A stretch of 64,000 nucleotides of DNA from Candidatus Woesearchaeota archaeon (GCA_937912225.1 CALDOJ010000036.1:31191-95190); one strand, 5' to 3'. Positions 39,573-49,434 are shown, counted from the stretch's first letter. Program-made: numbers and translations. Notes: generated from the letters alone by a model not told the origin.

Positions 39573-41003
39573 TTACTCTTTATGATGCTTTTTTAGAAGG
39601 TCCATGGCAGTCTTTCCATCAACTTTGCCTTGAAATTTACCCATAACCATACCCATTAAAGCTCCAATTGAAGCGCCAGAATTTTTATCAACTATTGCTT
39701 TAATCTCTTTTTCTAAATCACCTGTTGAAGCAACTTTGAATTTATTAAAATTAAGCTTTTTAGTTTTACTAAAATCTGCTAATAAATCAATTATTGAACC
39801 TTTAGGCAAATCTCCTACAACAACTTTTTTTAAAACTTCATCAGCAATCTTCTTAGTATCAACATCAATAGAATATCGTTTTTTCAAATCTTTTGGAATA
39901 TTTGTAAAGAAATCAACTACTAATTTGAAATCTTTATATTTCTTAAAGTAAGACTCAATATCAAACTTTTCTTTATCTGCAAAGCTTACTGCAAGTTTTG
40001 CATAATCATCATTTAAACCAAATATTTTTTTGAATCTTTTAATTTTATCGTCAATAGTTTCTAATTTTTGAAATTTACCAAATGCAGGTATAATTGTAGG
40101 AACATCAGTTTCTGGATACATTCTAGAAGCTCCAGGCATTGGTCTTAAAAAAGAAGTTGTAAAATCAGGTTCAGCCTTTCTTACTTCTTTTTCTATCTTT
40201 TTCTTTTTCTTAAGTAAATCAAGATGCCTTTGAATTTCATTGTCAACTACTTTTGGAATACTCTTTAAGTCTTGAAAACCTTTTATTTCAACTCTTTCTC
40301 CACCTTTAATTGAAATATTTACGTCTTGACGAATACTTCCAATTCCTCGTTTACAAGCACCAGTACTTCTAAGAATCATACCTATTTTTGCAGCTGTATC
40401 TTTACATTCAAGAGGATTAGCAATGTCTGGTTCAGTCGCAATTTCAATAAGTGGAATTCCTAATCTTGAAATATTATAAGTATCATGGTCTTTTGTTCTG
40501 TTCATTACTTGACAAGCTTCTTCTTCTAAACAAACAGATGAAATTCTTATTTTTTTACCGTTTATGTCAATATGACCATTCATACCAACTAATGCAGTTC
40601 TTTGAAAACCAGAAGTATTACTTCCATCAACAACTGTTTTTCTCATGACTTGAATTTTATCAACGATTCGACAGTTAAGAATTTGTGCTATTTGCAAACA
40701 AGTTTTAAGTGCATCCTTGTTAATCGGACCTGGTGGTTCTTCATCCATTTCAACTAAACAAGTAATATCATCATAACCCCAGTAAGTGAATAATTTTCCT
40801 TTTAATTGTTCGTATGCTGCAGCAATATCAACTTTTCCTGATTCTCCTGCACTTGCTCGAAGTTTTCGATCAAATGTAAAATCAGGTTTGTCTTTTCGAA
40901 TCTCAGTTGGACAATTACAAAAAAGCTTTTTACCTTCAAGCTGTTGATGAATTTCTATTCCAGATTTAAAACCAAGTTTTTTGTAGTCCATATAATCATA
41001 CAC
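39573..41003 (-). CDS. gatE: Glutamyl-tRNA(Gln) amidotransferase subunit E (archaeal GatE), unusually short form
   Basis: YKKLGFKSGIEIHQQLEGKKLFCNCPT and VMRKTVVDGSNTSGFQRTALVG are GatE-type, not GatB-type, motifs. C-terminal YqeY/GatB-like tail present. Only 476 aa. Directly follows gatD. Confidence 0.8.
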   Translation of the reverse strand: MYDYMDYKKLGFKSGIEIHQQLEGKKLFCNCPTEIRKDKPDFTFDRKLRASAGESGKVDIAAAYEQLKGKLFTYWGYDDITCLVEMDEEPPGPINKDALKTCLQIAQILNCRIVDKIQVMRKTVVDGSNTSGFQRTALVGMNGHIDINGKKIRISSVCLEEEACQVMNRTKDHDTYNISRLGIPLIEIATEPDIANPLECKDTAAKIGMILRSTGACKRGIGSIRQDVNISIKGGERVEIKGFQDLKSIPKVVDNEIQRHLDLLKKKKKIEKEVRKAEPDFTTSFLRPMPGASRMYPETDVPTIIPAFGKFQKLETIDDKIKRFKKIFGLNDDYAKLAVSFADKEKFDIESYFKKYKDFKLVVDFFTNIPKDLKKRYSIDVDTKKIADEVLKKVVVGDLPKGSIIDLLADFSKTKKLNFNKFKVASTGDLEKEIKAIVDKNSGASIGALMGMVMGKFQGKVDGKTAMDLLKKHHKE

Positions 41004-42293
41004 CTATATTAAGAATTCTTCTCGCTCACTTCTTTCAGAAAGTTCTCCTCTTAAATTCTTTTCAAATAATTCTTTGACGTCTTTTTTATGATTCGATAAT
41101 AACCATGCAAGCTTGATAAATGCTGTTTCTGGAGTCATGTCTGAATAATTTCCAATCACTCCTGCTTTAATTAAATCTCTTCCAGGAGAATAAACATTCA
41201 TGTCAATTCTTCCATAAATTGTTTGAGGCGCAACTACTACAGGCATTTTTTTAGCTAAGCTTTGAACTGCTTTCAAAATTTTCTCATTTTCACCAGTGAA
41301 TTCATCAACTTTCATACTCGGAATATGGCCTATTCCTAAAAGTTCAATAACTAATCCATCAAAGTTTTTGAAAGCTTCAAATTCAGAAGCATACATGTGA
41401 ACATGAGGTTTAATTAAACCAATTTTTAATTTTTCATCAAATAATTTAAGAGTTAATTTTTTCTTTAAATCTTTCTTTTCATAAGTTGTTGCAAAAGTCA
41501 CAGTTTCTTTTTCATAATTAATTCTTGCAATTGGACCTGCATTAATTGGTCTAAAAGCATCTCTTCTTGAAGTATGCATTTTTCGAACTTTAGTTCCAGG
41601 CAAAATCCAACAAATTTTATCATTAGTATTTTCATGCATACAAACTCCAACTCCAGAAAAATCCGTCTTAGTAATAAACAATGCAGCTGATAAAAGATTC
41701 ATTGCTGAATCAGTACTTCCTCGGTCAGAACTTCGTTGACTTCCAACAATTATAACTGGAATTCCAAGTCCTTCAAAAGCAAATGAAAGAGCAGCTGAAG
41801 TATAATGAATAGTATCTGTTCCTTGAGTCAAAATAATTCCATCAACTCCTTTTTTTACTTCTTCAGCAACCGCTTTAGCTAAAATATTATAATGAGGAAA
41901 ACGCATCATTTCTGATTGCATATTTCTTACAAGTTTACTTTTAATATTTGCTAAACCTTTAATTTCAGGAAACAAATTTAGTAAATCATCCTCTGTAAAC
42001 TTTGCAATTACAGCGCCTGTTGAATAATCAACTTTTGAAGCAATAGTTCCACCAGTATGAAGTATAGAAATGGTTTTTAAACCTTTTTTCATTACAGGTT
42101 TTGAACTTTTCTCAGAAATTTCTTTATATTTTTTTAAGACTTCAATCTTTTTAATTTCAGATTTTTTCAAACCAACATTATATCCGCTAACTAATTTTAA
42201 GAAAATAATGTTTGAATCTTCTTCAGGCATTAAAACACCTTCTAAAACATCATTTTTACAGAATACTTTTACCTTATCACCTACGTTAGCCAT
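41004..42293 (-). CDS. gatD: Glutamyl-tRNA(Gln) amidotransferase subunit D (GatD, asparaginase-like)
   Basis: ISILHTGGTIASKVDYSTGAV…GIILTQGTDT are L-asparaginase family motifs, plus the GatD-specific N-terminal domain. Abuts gatE. Confidence 0.88.
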   Translation of the reverse strand: MANVGDKVKVFCKNDVLEGVLMPEEDSNIIFLKLVSGYNVGLKKSEIKKIEVLKKYKEISEKSSKPVMKKGLKTISILHTGGTIASKVDYSTGAVIAKFTEDDLLNLFPEIKGLANIKSKLVRNMQSEMMRFPHYNILAKAVAEEVKKGVDGIILTQGTDTIHYTSAALSFAFEGLGIPVIIVGSQRSSDRGSTDSAMNLLSAALFITKTDFSGVGVCMHENTNDKICWILPGTKVRKMHTSRRDAFRPINAGPIARINYEKETVTFATTYEKKDLKKKLTLKLFDEKLKIGLIKPHVHMYASEFEAFKNFDGLVIELLGIGHIPSMKVDEFTGENEKILKAVQSLAKKMPVVVAPQTIYGRIDMNVYSPGRDLIKAGVIGNYSDMTPETAFIKLAWLLSNHKKDVKELFEKNLRGELSERSEREEFLI

Positions 42294-42401
42294 ATAAGAA
42301 AATAAAAGAAAGAAGTATTTAAAAGTTTGGAATTATGAATAAATTCCGAACTTCAAAAAGTTTAATTTTTGTAATTATTGTTTAAAGTTTAAATATTATT
42401 T

Positions 42402-42512
42402 AACCATAATAACTTGATTTATCAGTTCCAACCCTTATCAGCGTTGACGGAACTAGCTCTCTGCTAGGTCGCGATGCAAAAAAAGCATCTAACCATAATA
42501 ACTTGGTTTATC
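42402..42512. repeat. Imperfect 22-24 bp direct repeat (duplicate of the cdc48 3' end) flanking a 67-bp palindrome-rich insert
   Basis: AACCATAATAACTTGATTTATC at 42402-42423 and AACCATAATAACTTGGTTTATC at 42491-42512 (the latter encodes the CDC48 C-terminus DKPSYYG*). The intervening 42424-42490 contains AGTTCC…GGAACT and CTAGC…GCTAG inverted repeats and TCGCGA. Confidence 0.6.
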
Positions 42513-44576
42513 TTCTTGCATGCTTTTTGCATGAGCGCTTGTGAAATGATCTTTAAGTTTTTCATAAGCCTCGGCAATATCTTTAGTGGCACTTGGTCTA
42601 ACTTTTTTCAATGCTTCTTCAAAGAAAGCCATTTTTACAGTTTTAGCTTTCATATCATCTCTTAAAGCCATGATTGCTGCTTCTCTACAAACAGCTTCAA
42701 GATCTGCACCTACATATCCTTCGGTTTTATCGACTAACTTTTTCAAATCAAAATCTTTTGCTAATGGCATTCCTTTAGTATGAACTTTAAAGATTGCATT
42801 TCTGCTTCCTTTATCAGGAACAGGTGCTAAAACAATTCTATCAAATCTTCCTGGACGAAGAAGAGCAGTATCAAGCATGTCAGGTCTATTCGTTGCAGCA
42901 ATTATTACAACATCATTTAAATCTTGTAAACCATCCATTTCAGTTAAAAGTTGATTAACAACTCTTTCATTAACTTTTGAGTCAGCACTATCACTTCTTT
43001 TATGAGCCATAGAATCAATTTCATCAAAGAAAATTATTGTTGGAGATGTTTGTCTTGCTTTTTCAAAGATTTTTCTAACAGCTTTTTCACTTTCACCAAC
43101 CCACTTACTTAAAAGTTCAGGTCCTTTAACAAGAATAAAGTTTGCTTCACTTTCAGTTGCAACAGCTTTTGCAAGCAAAGTTTTACCAGTACCTGGTGCT
43201 CCATAAAGAAGAACTCCTCGAGGAGGTGTAATTCCCAATCTTGAAAAAGCTTCTTTTTTCTTCAAAGGCCATTCAACAGCTTCAATAAGTTCTTGTTTAA
43301 CTTCTTCTAAACCGCCAATATCAGTCCATTTAATATTTGGAATTTCAATTAATACTTCTCTCATAGCACTAGGTCTTACGACTTTTAATGATTCTTTAAA
43401 ATCATCTTGAGATAACTTTAATTTTTCAAGAACTTCTTGAGGAATTGTTTTCTCATCTTCAAGTTCTAGATCAGGAAGAACTCGTCTTAAAACAATCATA
43501 GCAGCTTCTCTTGCAAGAGCTGAAAGATCAGCACCTACAAACCCATGAGTTATTTCAGCCATTCGTTTTAAATTAACATTTTTATTAAGAGGCATGTTTC
43601 TAGTATGAATTTGTAAAATTTTATGTCGTCCTTCTTTTTGTGGAACACCAATTTCAATTTCTCGATCAAACCTACCAGGTCTTCGAAGTGCAGGATCAAG
43701 CGAGTTTGGAATGTTTGTTGCTGCAATTACAACTACTTTTCCTCGACTTTTTAACCCATCCATTAAAGCTAATAACTGAGCAACAACTCTTCTCTCTACT
43801 TCGCCTTTGCTTTCTTCTCGCTTAGAAGCAATAGCGTCAATTTCATCAATAAAAATTATTGAAGGACCATTCTTTTCTGCTTCTTCAAACTTCTTTCTAA
43901 GATTCTCTTCACTCTGACCATAATATTTACTCATAATTTCAGGACCATTAATTAAAAGAAAATTAGCATTTGTTTCATTAGCAACAGCTTTTGCTAACAA
44001 AGTTTTACCAGTTCCTGGAGGACCATGAAGCAGTACTCCTTTTGGTGGTTCAATTCCAAGAGTTTCAAAAACTTCAGGATGTTTTAATGGTAATTCAACC
44101 ATTTCTCTAACTTTTTTAATTTCAGATTCAAGTCCACCAACATCTTCATATGAAATATCAAAAACTTTTTCTTCTTGAACTTCAACTGATTCTGTTGAGT
44201 ATTTTACTTCTGTATGTTCTGTGATTAAAACTGCTTGTTTTGGATTTGCATCAGTTACGATGAATTTTAAATCTCCAAGACCAAAGCCCATCATAGTATC
44301 ATCAAGCATTGAAAACATATCATCAAAGAAAGGGTTACTAGACATAGTGTTTCTTCTTCTTTTAGTTCCGCCAAGCGAAACAATGTCTCCTTTCATAACT
44401 GCTCGTCCTAAAAGTCCTTTTTTGAAAATCTCAGGATTTGCTCGTACCATCACACCTTTTCGAGCTGGCGCAATAGTGATTTTTTTAGCTTCTTTAACAT
44501 CAACTTTTTTGACAGTAACCATTTCACCAATAGTTGTTTTAGCATTTCTTCTAATTAAACCGTCCATTCGAATCAT
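42489..44576 (-). CDS. cdc48: CDC48/VCP-like AAA+ ATPase (tandem D1/D2 AAA domains)
   Basis: Two Walker A/B cassettes ([15 protein letters not shown]…IIFIDEIDA and [15 protein letters not shown]…IIFFDEIDS) with SRH motifs. Coordinates are from the first ATG. The N-domain reading frame (…[26 protein letters not shown]…[14 protein letters not shown]…) continues 222 nt upstream to 44798 without any ATG/GTG/TTG (see findings). Confidence 0.9.
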   Translation of the reverse strand: MIRMDGLIRRNAKTTIGEMVTVKKVDVKEAKKITIAPARKGVMVRANPEIFKKGLLGRAVMKGDIVSLGGTKRRRNTMSSNPFFDDMFSMLDDTMMGFGLGDLKFIVTDANPKQAVLITEHTEVKYSTESVEVQEEKVFDISYEDVGGLESEIKKVREMVELPLKHPEVFETLGIEPPKGVLLHGPPGTGKTLLAKAVANETNANFLLINGPEIMSKYYGQSEENLRKKFEEAEKNGPSIIFIDEIDAIASKREESKGEVERRVVAQLLALMDGLKSRGKVVVIAATNIPNSLDPALRRPGRFDREIEIGVPQKEGRHKILQIHTRNMPLNKNVNLKRMAEITHGFVGADLSALAREAAMIVLRRVLPDLELEDEKTIPQEVLEKLKLSQDDFKESLKVVRPSAMREVLIEIPNIKWTDIGGLEEVKQELIEAVEWPLKKKEAFSRLGITPPRGVLLYGAPGTGKTLLAKAVATESEANFILVKGPELLSKWVGESEKAVRKIFEKARQTSPTIIFFDEIDSMAHKRSDSADSKVNERVVNQLLTEMDGLQDLNDVVIIAATNRPDMLDTALLRPGRFDRIVLAPVPDKGSRNAIFKVHTKGMPLAKDFDLKKLVDKTEGYVGADLEAVCREAAIMALRDDMKAKTVKMAFFEEALKKVRPSATKDIAEAYEKLKDHFTSAHAKSMQEDKPSYYG

Positions 44577-44825
44577 GTTTAAACCAATATCTCCTGGTAG
44601 CGCCCTATCAGCTATTGCAACAGTAACTCTAGCACCATTAATTTCAACAATGTTTCCAGGTCTAATATCTAATTCTCGTAAGAAAGAACTATCAACTCTA
44701 ACAATTCCTTTGTTAACATCTTCTTGTATTGCTTCAGCAACTTTAAGTCTAATTTCGTTTGTAATGGTTATCCCCTCAAATAAATATTTTTGATGACTTT
44801 AGAGAATAAATAACTCTTTAAATTC

Positions 44826-44969
44826 TTTTTGGTTTAATGACTCCATTCTTTAAGAAAAATCATTATCCAAAAAAAGAATATTTTTGATTTAATGACTCCA
44901 TTCTTTAAAAAAAGTCATTATCCAAAAAAGAACTTTTTTGGTTTAATAACTGATTTCTTTAAAAAAAAC
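44826..44969. repeat. About 55-bp tandem direct repeat (2.6 copies), each with an AATGAC-N17-GTCATT palindrome, upstream of cdc48
   Basis: Copy 1 at 44826-44880 and copy 2 at 44881-44933 (TTTTTG[GA]TTTAATGACTCCATTCTTTAA…TCATTATCCAAAAAAG). Degenerate partial third copy at 44934-44969. Confidence 0.7.
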
Positions 44970-45011
44970 TAAAAGAAATAGAAGGGGAAAAAATAATCTA
45001 AAAAAAAATGT

Positions 45012-45416
45012 TTATTGTTGTTTAAGCTTTGGTAATGGGATTGGTGCTGGTAGGCCCAGATCTTTACTTAAGATTAAAGCTTGAATATTGCATTTGTTAA
45101 GAACATTGTTCATAACTTGGTTTGTTGCTTCTTTAGGAATAGATTTGTTCTTTTTCCAAGAATCAAGAACTTCTTTAGCTGTTTTTTCATCAGATAACAA
45201 TACTAATTCGCCATTTAATTCTATATTTCCAATTCCAGGTTCATATTTTGAAGTGTATTGAAAAGTAAACTTCATTGCTTTTTGGTCACCACCAATTGCT
45301 AATTTTGCTTCTTTAACATCTTTAATAGTAACATTATTACTAATGCTAACTTTACCTGTAACAGGAAGTTTTTTTTCAATCATCATTTTTGTGAAATTTA
45401 ATCCAACTATTGCCAT
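45012..45416 (-). CDS. Hypothetical protein
   Basis: 134 aa, soluble, no recognisable motif. Confidence 0.4.
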   Translation of the reverse strand: MAIVGLNFTKMMIEKKLPVTGKVSISNNVTIKDVKEAKLAIGGDQKAMKFTFQYTSKYEPGIGNIELNGELVLLSDEKTAKEVLDSWKKNKSIPKEATNQVMNNVLNKCNIQALILSKDLGLPAPIPLPKLKQQ

Positions 45417-45552
45417 TTTTAAAATCCTCCGTGTTTGAATAACACCTTCTTCTCGTTATTAAGTTTTGGTTTATAAAAGTTTTGAATTTACAAGAATAAA
45501 AAGAAATATTTATATATAAAACCCGCTATCCTGAAGGTTATGATTACAAAAA

Positions 45553-45626
45553 GTGATTATGCGTGGCAATAGTAAACCTTTTTTCTTAGATAGTAATATA
45601 ATATTAACTGGTGATTATGCGTGGCA
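45553..45626 (+). promoter_or_regulatory. Two 16-bp direct repeats GTGATTATGCGTGGCA in the long trpB leader/promoter region
   Basis: Exact copies at 45553-45568 and 45611-45626. A third partial TGATTAC lies at 45541-45547. The TTTATATATAAA TATA box at 45508-45520 is upstream, so the repeats probably sit in a ~250-nt 5' leader. Confidence 0.45.
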
Positions 45627-45787
45627 TTTACAAATTCATAACTTATTTTAAAACTTCTAATGGCTTCTGGCGTTTGTTCTTCTAATTAAAAATTCTTAGA
45701 TTAAAAAATAAAATGAAATTTCGGAGGCAAACAAAAAATTGTAAGATTTTTGAGTCTCCTAAAATAAAATTTTCGGAGGAATATAAA

Positions 45788-46972
45788 ATGAATATAAAAA
45801 ATAATATACCAAATAAAAAAGGATTTTTCGGAGAGTACGGAGGTCAATTTGTACCAGAAGGATTAAAGATTGCAATGAATAATCTTACAAAAGATTATTT
45901 AAAAATAAAAAAAGACAAAACTTTCAAAAAAGAATTTGTTGAATTAATGAATAACTATGTGGGCAGACCATCAGCACTTTATTTTGCTAGAAATCTAAGC
46001 AAAAAATATGGTTGTAAGATCTACTTTAAAAGAGAAGATTTAAACCACACAGGAGCTCATAAAATTAACAACACTATAGGACAAGCTTTGCTTGCAAAAA
46101 GAATTGGCATAAAAAAAATTATTGCTGAAACTGGAGCAGGTCAACATGGAGTTGCAACAGCAACTGCAGCTGCATTGATGGGCTTAGAATGTGAAATTTT
46201 TATGGGAGAAATTGATGCAAAAAAACAGATGATGAATATTTATCGTATGCAATTGCTTGGAGCTAAAGTCAATGTTGTTAAAAAAGGTGGCAGAACCTTA
46301 AAAGATGCAGTTGATGCAGCACTTGAATACTATATGCACCATCCAGAAGTATTTTATCTTCTTGGTTCTGTTGTAGGTCCACACCCTTATCCAATGATGG
46401 TTCGTGATTTTCAATCAATTATTGGAAAAGAAGCAAAGAAACAAATAAAAAAGCAAGAAGGAAGATTACCCGACTACCTTGTTGCTTGTGTTGGTGGCGG
46501 AAGTAATGCAATTGGCTTGTTTTATGACTTTATACCTAACAAACAAGTTAAGTTAATAGGTGTAGAGCCTGCTGGTAAAGGACTAAAAACAGGTAAACAT
46601 GCAGCAACTATGACTCTTGGAAAACCAGGTGTTTTACATGGATTTTATAGTTATCTTTTACAAGATAAAGATGGTAATCCATTGCCTGTTTATTCTATAG
46701 CTTCAGGACTCGATTATCCTGGAGTTGGACCTGAACAAAGCTTTTTGAAAGATATTAAAAGAGCAGAATTTAAACATGTAACTGATGCTGAAGCTTTAGC
46801 AGCGTTTCATGAAACTTCTAGAATTGAAGGAATAATTCCTGCTTTAGAAACAAGCCATGCCCTTGCATATTCTTTCAAACTTGCAAAGAAGCTTAGAAAA
46901 GATCAAATTATTATTGTGAACTTTTCAGGTCGAGGAGACAAAGATGTAGAGTTTGTTGCAAGCCTGCATTAA
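45788..46972 (+). CDS. trpB: Tryptophan synthase beta chain (stand-alone; no trpA in window)
   Basis: [13 protein letters not shown]…HTGAHKINN (PLP lysine)…GGGSNAIG are TrpB signatures. The ORF track starts at 45713. The ATG at 45788 is preferred because GGAGG lies 9 nt upstream and it gives a typical TrpB length (394 aa). Confidence 0.88.
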   Translation: MNIKNNIPNKKGFFGEYGGQFVPEGLKIAMNNLTKDYLKIKKDKTFKKEFVELMNNYVGRPSALYFARNLSKKYGCKIYFKREDLNHTGAHKINNTIGQALLAKRIGIKKIIAETGAGQHGVATATAAALMGLECEIFMGEIDAKKQMMNIYRMQLLGAKVNVVKKGGRTLKDAVDAALEYYMHHPEVFYLLGSVVGPHPYPMMVRDFQSIIGKEAKKQIKKQEGRLPDYLVACVGGGSNAIGLFYDFIPNKQVKLIGVEPAGKGLKTGKHAATMTLGKPGVLHGFYSYLLQDKDGNPLPVYSIASGLDYPGVGPEQSFLKDIKRAEFKHVTDAEALAAFHETSRIEGIIPALETSHALAYSFKLAKKLRKDQIIIVNFSGRGDKDVEFVASLH

Positions 46973-47040
46973 TTTTTTTTTTTTATTTTCAGAGGATAAA
47001 AAAGAAATATTTATATAACTAAAGAAGCAAACAAAATAAG

Positions 47041-48156
47041 ATGGATAAAACAATAATTACTCCTTGGGAAGTTAAAGGTAATGTTGATTATAATAAATTA
47101 ATAAGTGAATTTGGAGTTTCTAAAATTGATGAATCCTTAATGAAACAAATAGAAAAGCATGCAGGTGAAATTCATCATTTTCTTAGAAGAAATATTTTTT
47201 TTGCTCATAGAGATTTAAAGTTCTTTTTTGATGAATACGAGAAAGGTAATGCTTTTATGTACACTGGTTGTGGACCTTCAGGACCAATTCATATGGGACA
47301 TGCAACTGTTTGGATGTTTACTAAATGGCTTCAAGATAAACTAGGACTTGATCTTTGGTTTCAATTCACAGATGATGAAAAATTTCTTTTTAAAGATAAA
47401 TCAATGGATGAAATACAAAAATGGCTTTATGAAAATATGTTAGATGTTATTGCTTTAGGTTTTGATCCAAAAAAAACTCATTTTCTAATTGATACAAAAC
47501 ATGCAGGAATAATGTATCCTGAAGCAATCAAAGTTGCTAAAAAGATTACTTTTTCAACTGTAAAATCTGCATTTGGGTTTACTAACGAAAATAATCTTGG
47601 AACTATATTTTTTACTTCAATGCAAGCAGTTCCAGCATTTTTACCTAATATAATTGCGGGTAAAAAAATGGCTTGTTTAATCCCTCATGCAATAGACCAA
47701 GACCCACATTTTAGAGTTACAAGAGATGTCCTTCCAAAATTAGGACATTACAAACCAGCTTCTATTCAATCAATGTTTCTTCCGGGTTTAGGAGGTATGA
47801 AAGAAGATGGAAAACTTTCTTCTTCTACTGGTGAAGCGATTTATTTAACAGATGATAAAAAAACTGTTCGGAAAAAAATAATGAAATATGCTTTCTCTGG
47901 TGGTCAAGCAACACTTGAAGAACATAGAAAAAAAGGAGGTAACCCTGATATTGATGTTAGTTACCAATGGCTTCGATTCTTCGAAGAAGATGATAATAAA
48001 TTAAAAAAGATTTATGAAGATTATAAATCTGGAAAATTATTATCTGGAGAACTTAAACAAATTCTTGTTGATAAAATAAATGCTTTCTTAAAACAACATC
48101 AGAAGAATCGAGAAAAAGCTAAAGACAAACTCGATCAATTTATCTTTAAACAATAA
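47041..48156 (+). CDS. trpS: Tryptophanyl-tRNA synthetase (archaeal/eukaryotic type)
   Basis: Class-I HIGH-like …YTGCGPSGPIHMGHA and KMSKS-like KLSSST. 371 aa. A TTTATATAA TATA box at 47009-47017 sits about 25 nt before the ATG, so the transcript is probably leaderless. Confidence 0.88.
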   Translation: MDKTIITPWEVKGNVDYNKLISEFGVSKIDESLMKQIEKHAGEIHHFLRRNIFFAHRDLKFFFDEYEKGNAFMYTGCGPSGPIHMGHATVWMFTKWLQDKLGLDLWFQFTDDEKFLFKDKSMDEIQKWLYENMLDVIALGFDPKKTHFLIDTKHAGIMYPEAIKVAKKITFSTVKSAFGFTNENNLGTIFFTSMQAVPAFLPNIIAGKKMACLIPHAIDQDPHFRVTRDVLPKLGHYKPASIQSMFLPGLGGMKEDGKLSSSTGEAIYLTDDKKTVRKKIMKYAFSGGQATLEEHRKKGGNPDIDVSYQWLRFFEEDDNKLKKIYEDYKSGKLLSGELKQILVDKINAFLKQHQKNREKAKDKLDQFIFKQ

Positions 48157-48222
48157 TTTAAAGAAAAATATTTAAACATCCTAGCTTATAGTCTATAATA
48201 ATTTCATAAAAGAGGTGAAAAA

Positions 48223-48453
48223 ATGTTTAAAGTTGCTCCTTTACCTAGTAATTTCATGCTTGTTTCAATGCTTGGATTTATTTTTAGTGCTTATTTCTTA
48301 GATAACCCTGGTCTTAAAAGTTGGGCTTTTACTTTTATGTTGGTATTTGCAGTTATGTTTATTGCATCTATGATTAGTATGAGTAAAGCTCCTCTTGAAG
48401 ATGAAGAAATGCTAGAAGAATTAGCTATTCACAGGAAGATTCATAAAAAATAA
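48223..48453 (+). CDS. Small two-TM membrane protein (hypothetical)
   Basis: 76 aa with two hydrophobic helices. AGAGGTG SD-like sequence upstream. Confidence 0.4.
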   Translation: MFKVAPLPSNFMLVSMLGFIFSAYFLDNPGLKSWAFTFMLVFAVMFIASMISMSKAPLEDEEMLEELAIHRKIHKK

Positions 48454-48459
48454 TTAAAA

Positions 48460-49395
48460 ATGGGATTTTTTGATGCTTATAAAAAGAAAAAATTATTAAG
48501 TGCGCTAAAGAGCGATATAGAAATTACTTTAGGAACGCACATTAAAAGTATTATGACTAAGTACGTAATAAGTGTTCATCCTGATGAGAAGTTAATTGAT
48601 GCGGCAAACATAATTGTTGGAGAAAAAGTTTCTTGTGTGGTTGTAAAAGACGAGGAAGAGCCTATTGCAGTTCTTACTGAACGTGATTTTTTAAAAAAAG
48701 CTCCTTTAAATCAAGATGAATTTGAAACATTATTAGTTAAAGATCTTATGTCTTCGTCATTAATAACTGTTGAATCTAAAACAAATGTTTTTGATGCTGT
48801 AAAAATTCTTTCTAAAAACAATTTTCGTAAATTAGTAATTAAAGATATTAATTTACAAGGAATAGTTACTCAAACAGATTTTATTAAACTAATGGACCAG
48901 TTTTATGATAAGTTAACAATTAAAACTTCTGATTTAACAACTATACAAGATGTTATGACAAAAAATGTTTTGACAATTAATTATGGTGAGAAATTTAAAA
49001 AAGCAAAAGAAATGATGGCCCAAAAAGGTGTTGGTTCAATTGTTGTGATGAAAAATAATGAAGTTGCTGGAATAACTACTGAATATAATGTTGTTGCAGA
49101 ACTCGTTAAAGATGCTGGAAGAATAAACACTTTAAAAGTTGAAGAAACCATGAGTTCTCCAGTTATTGGTATAAAACCAGAAACAAATATTTTTGACGCG
49201 AATAGAATTATGATTAAAGAAAATATTAGAAGATTGCCTGTTATGAATGGTAATAAAATGGTTGGTATTATTACTCAAACAGATTTGTGTCGAGCGATGT
49301 ATTATTTCTTGAGAATGACTTTATGGCATTTAGAAAAAAATAGTTTAGAATTTGAACCTTTAGAAAAACAAACTGAAGAAAGTATAATGGTTTAA
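48460..49395 (+). CDS. CBS-domain protein (two CBS pairs)
   Basis: Four CBS-like repeats (…IMTKYVISVHPDEKLIDAANII…VSCVVV…; …LMSSSLITVESKTNVFDAVKIL…; …VMTKNVLTINYGEKFKKAKEMM…; …TMSSPVIGIKPETNIFDANRIM…). Confidence 0.75.
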   Translation: MGFFDAYKKKKLLSALKSDIEITLGTHIKSIMTKYVISVHPDEKLIDAANIIVGEKVSCVVVKDEEEPIAVLTERDFLKKAPLNQDEFETLLVKDLMSSSLITVESKTNVFDAVKILSKNNFRKLVIKDINLQGIVTQTDFIKLMDQFYDKLTIKTSDLTTIQDVMTKNVLTINYGEKFKKAKEMMAQKGVGSIVVMKNNEVAGITTEYNVVAELVKDAGRINTLKVEETMSSPVIGIKPETNIFDANRIMIKENIRRLPVMNGNKMVGIITQTDLCRAMYYFLRMTLWHLEKNSLEFEPLEKQTEESIMV

Positions 49396-49434
49396 TTATT
49401 ATTCTTAATGAATTCAAAAAAAGATTAAAATAAC

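Noticed and set aside
44221-44793. 190-aa plus-strand ORF overlapping the cdc48 5' region
   Set aside because: Antisense shadow of the CDC48 coding frame, which clearly continues through here on the minus strand. Low-complexity hydrophobic translation.
45713-45787. 25-codon N-terminal extension of trpB from an upstream ATG
   Set aside because: There is no SD before 45713, whereas GGAGG precedes the ATG at 45788 by 9 nt. The extension is not TrpB-like. It is probably leader sequence (possibly a short uORF), not part of TrpB.
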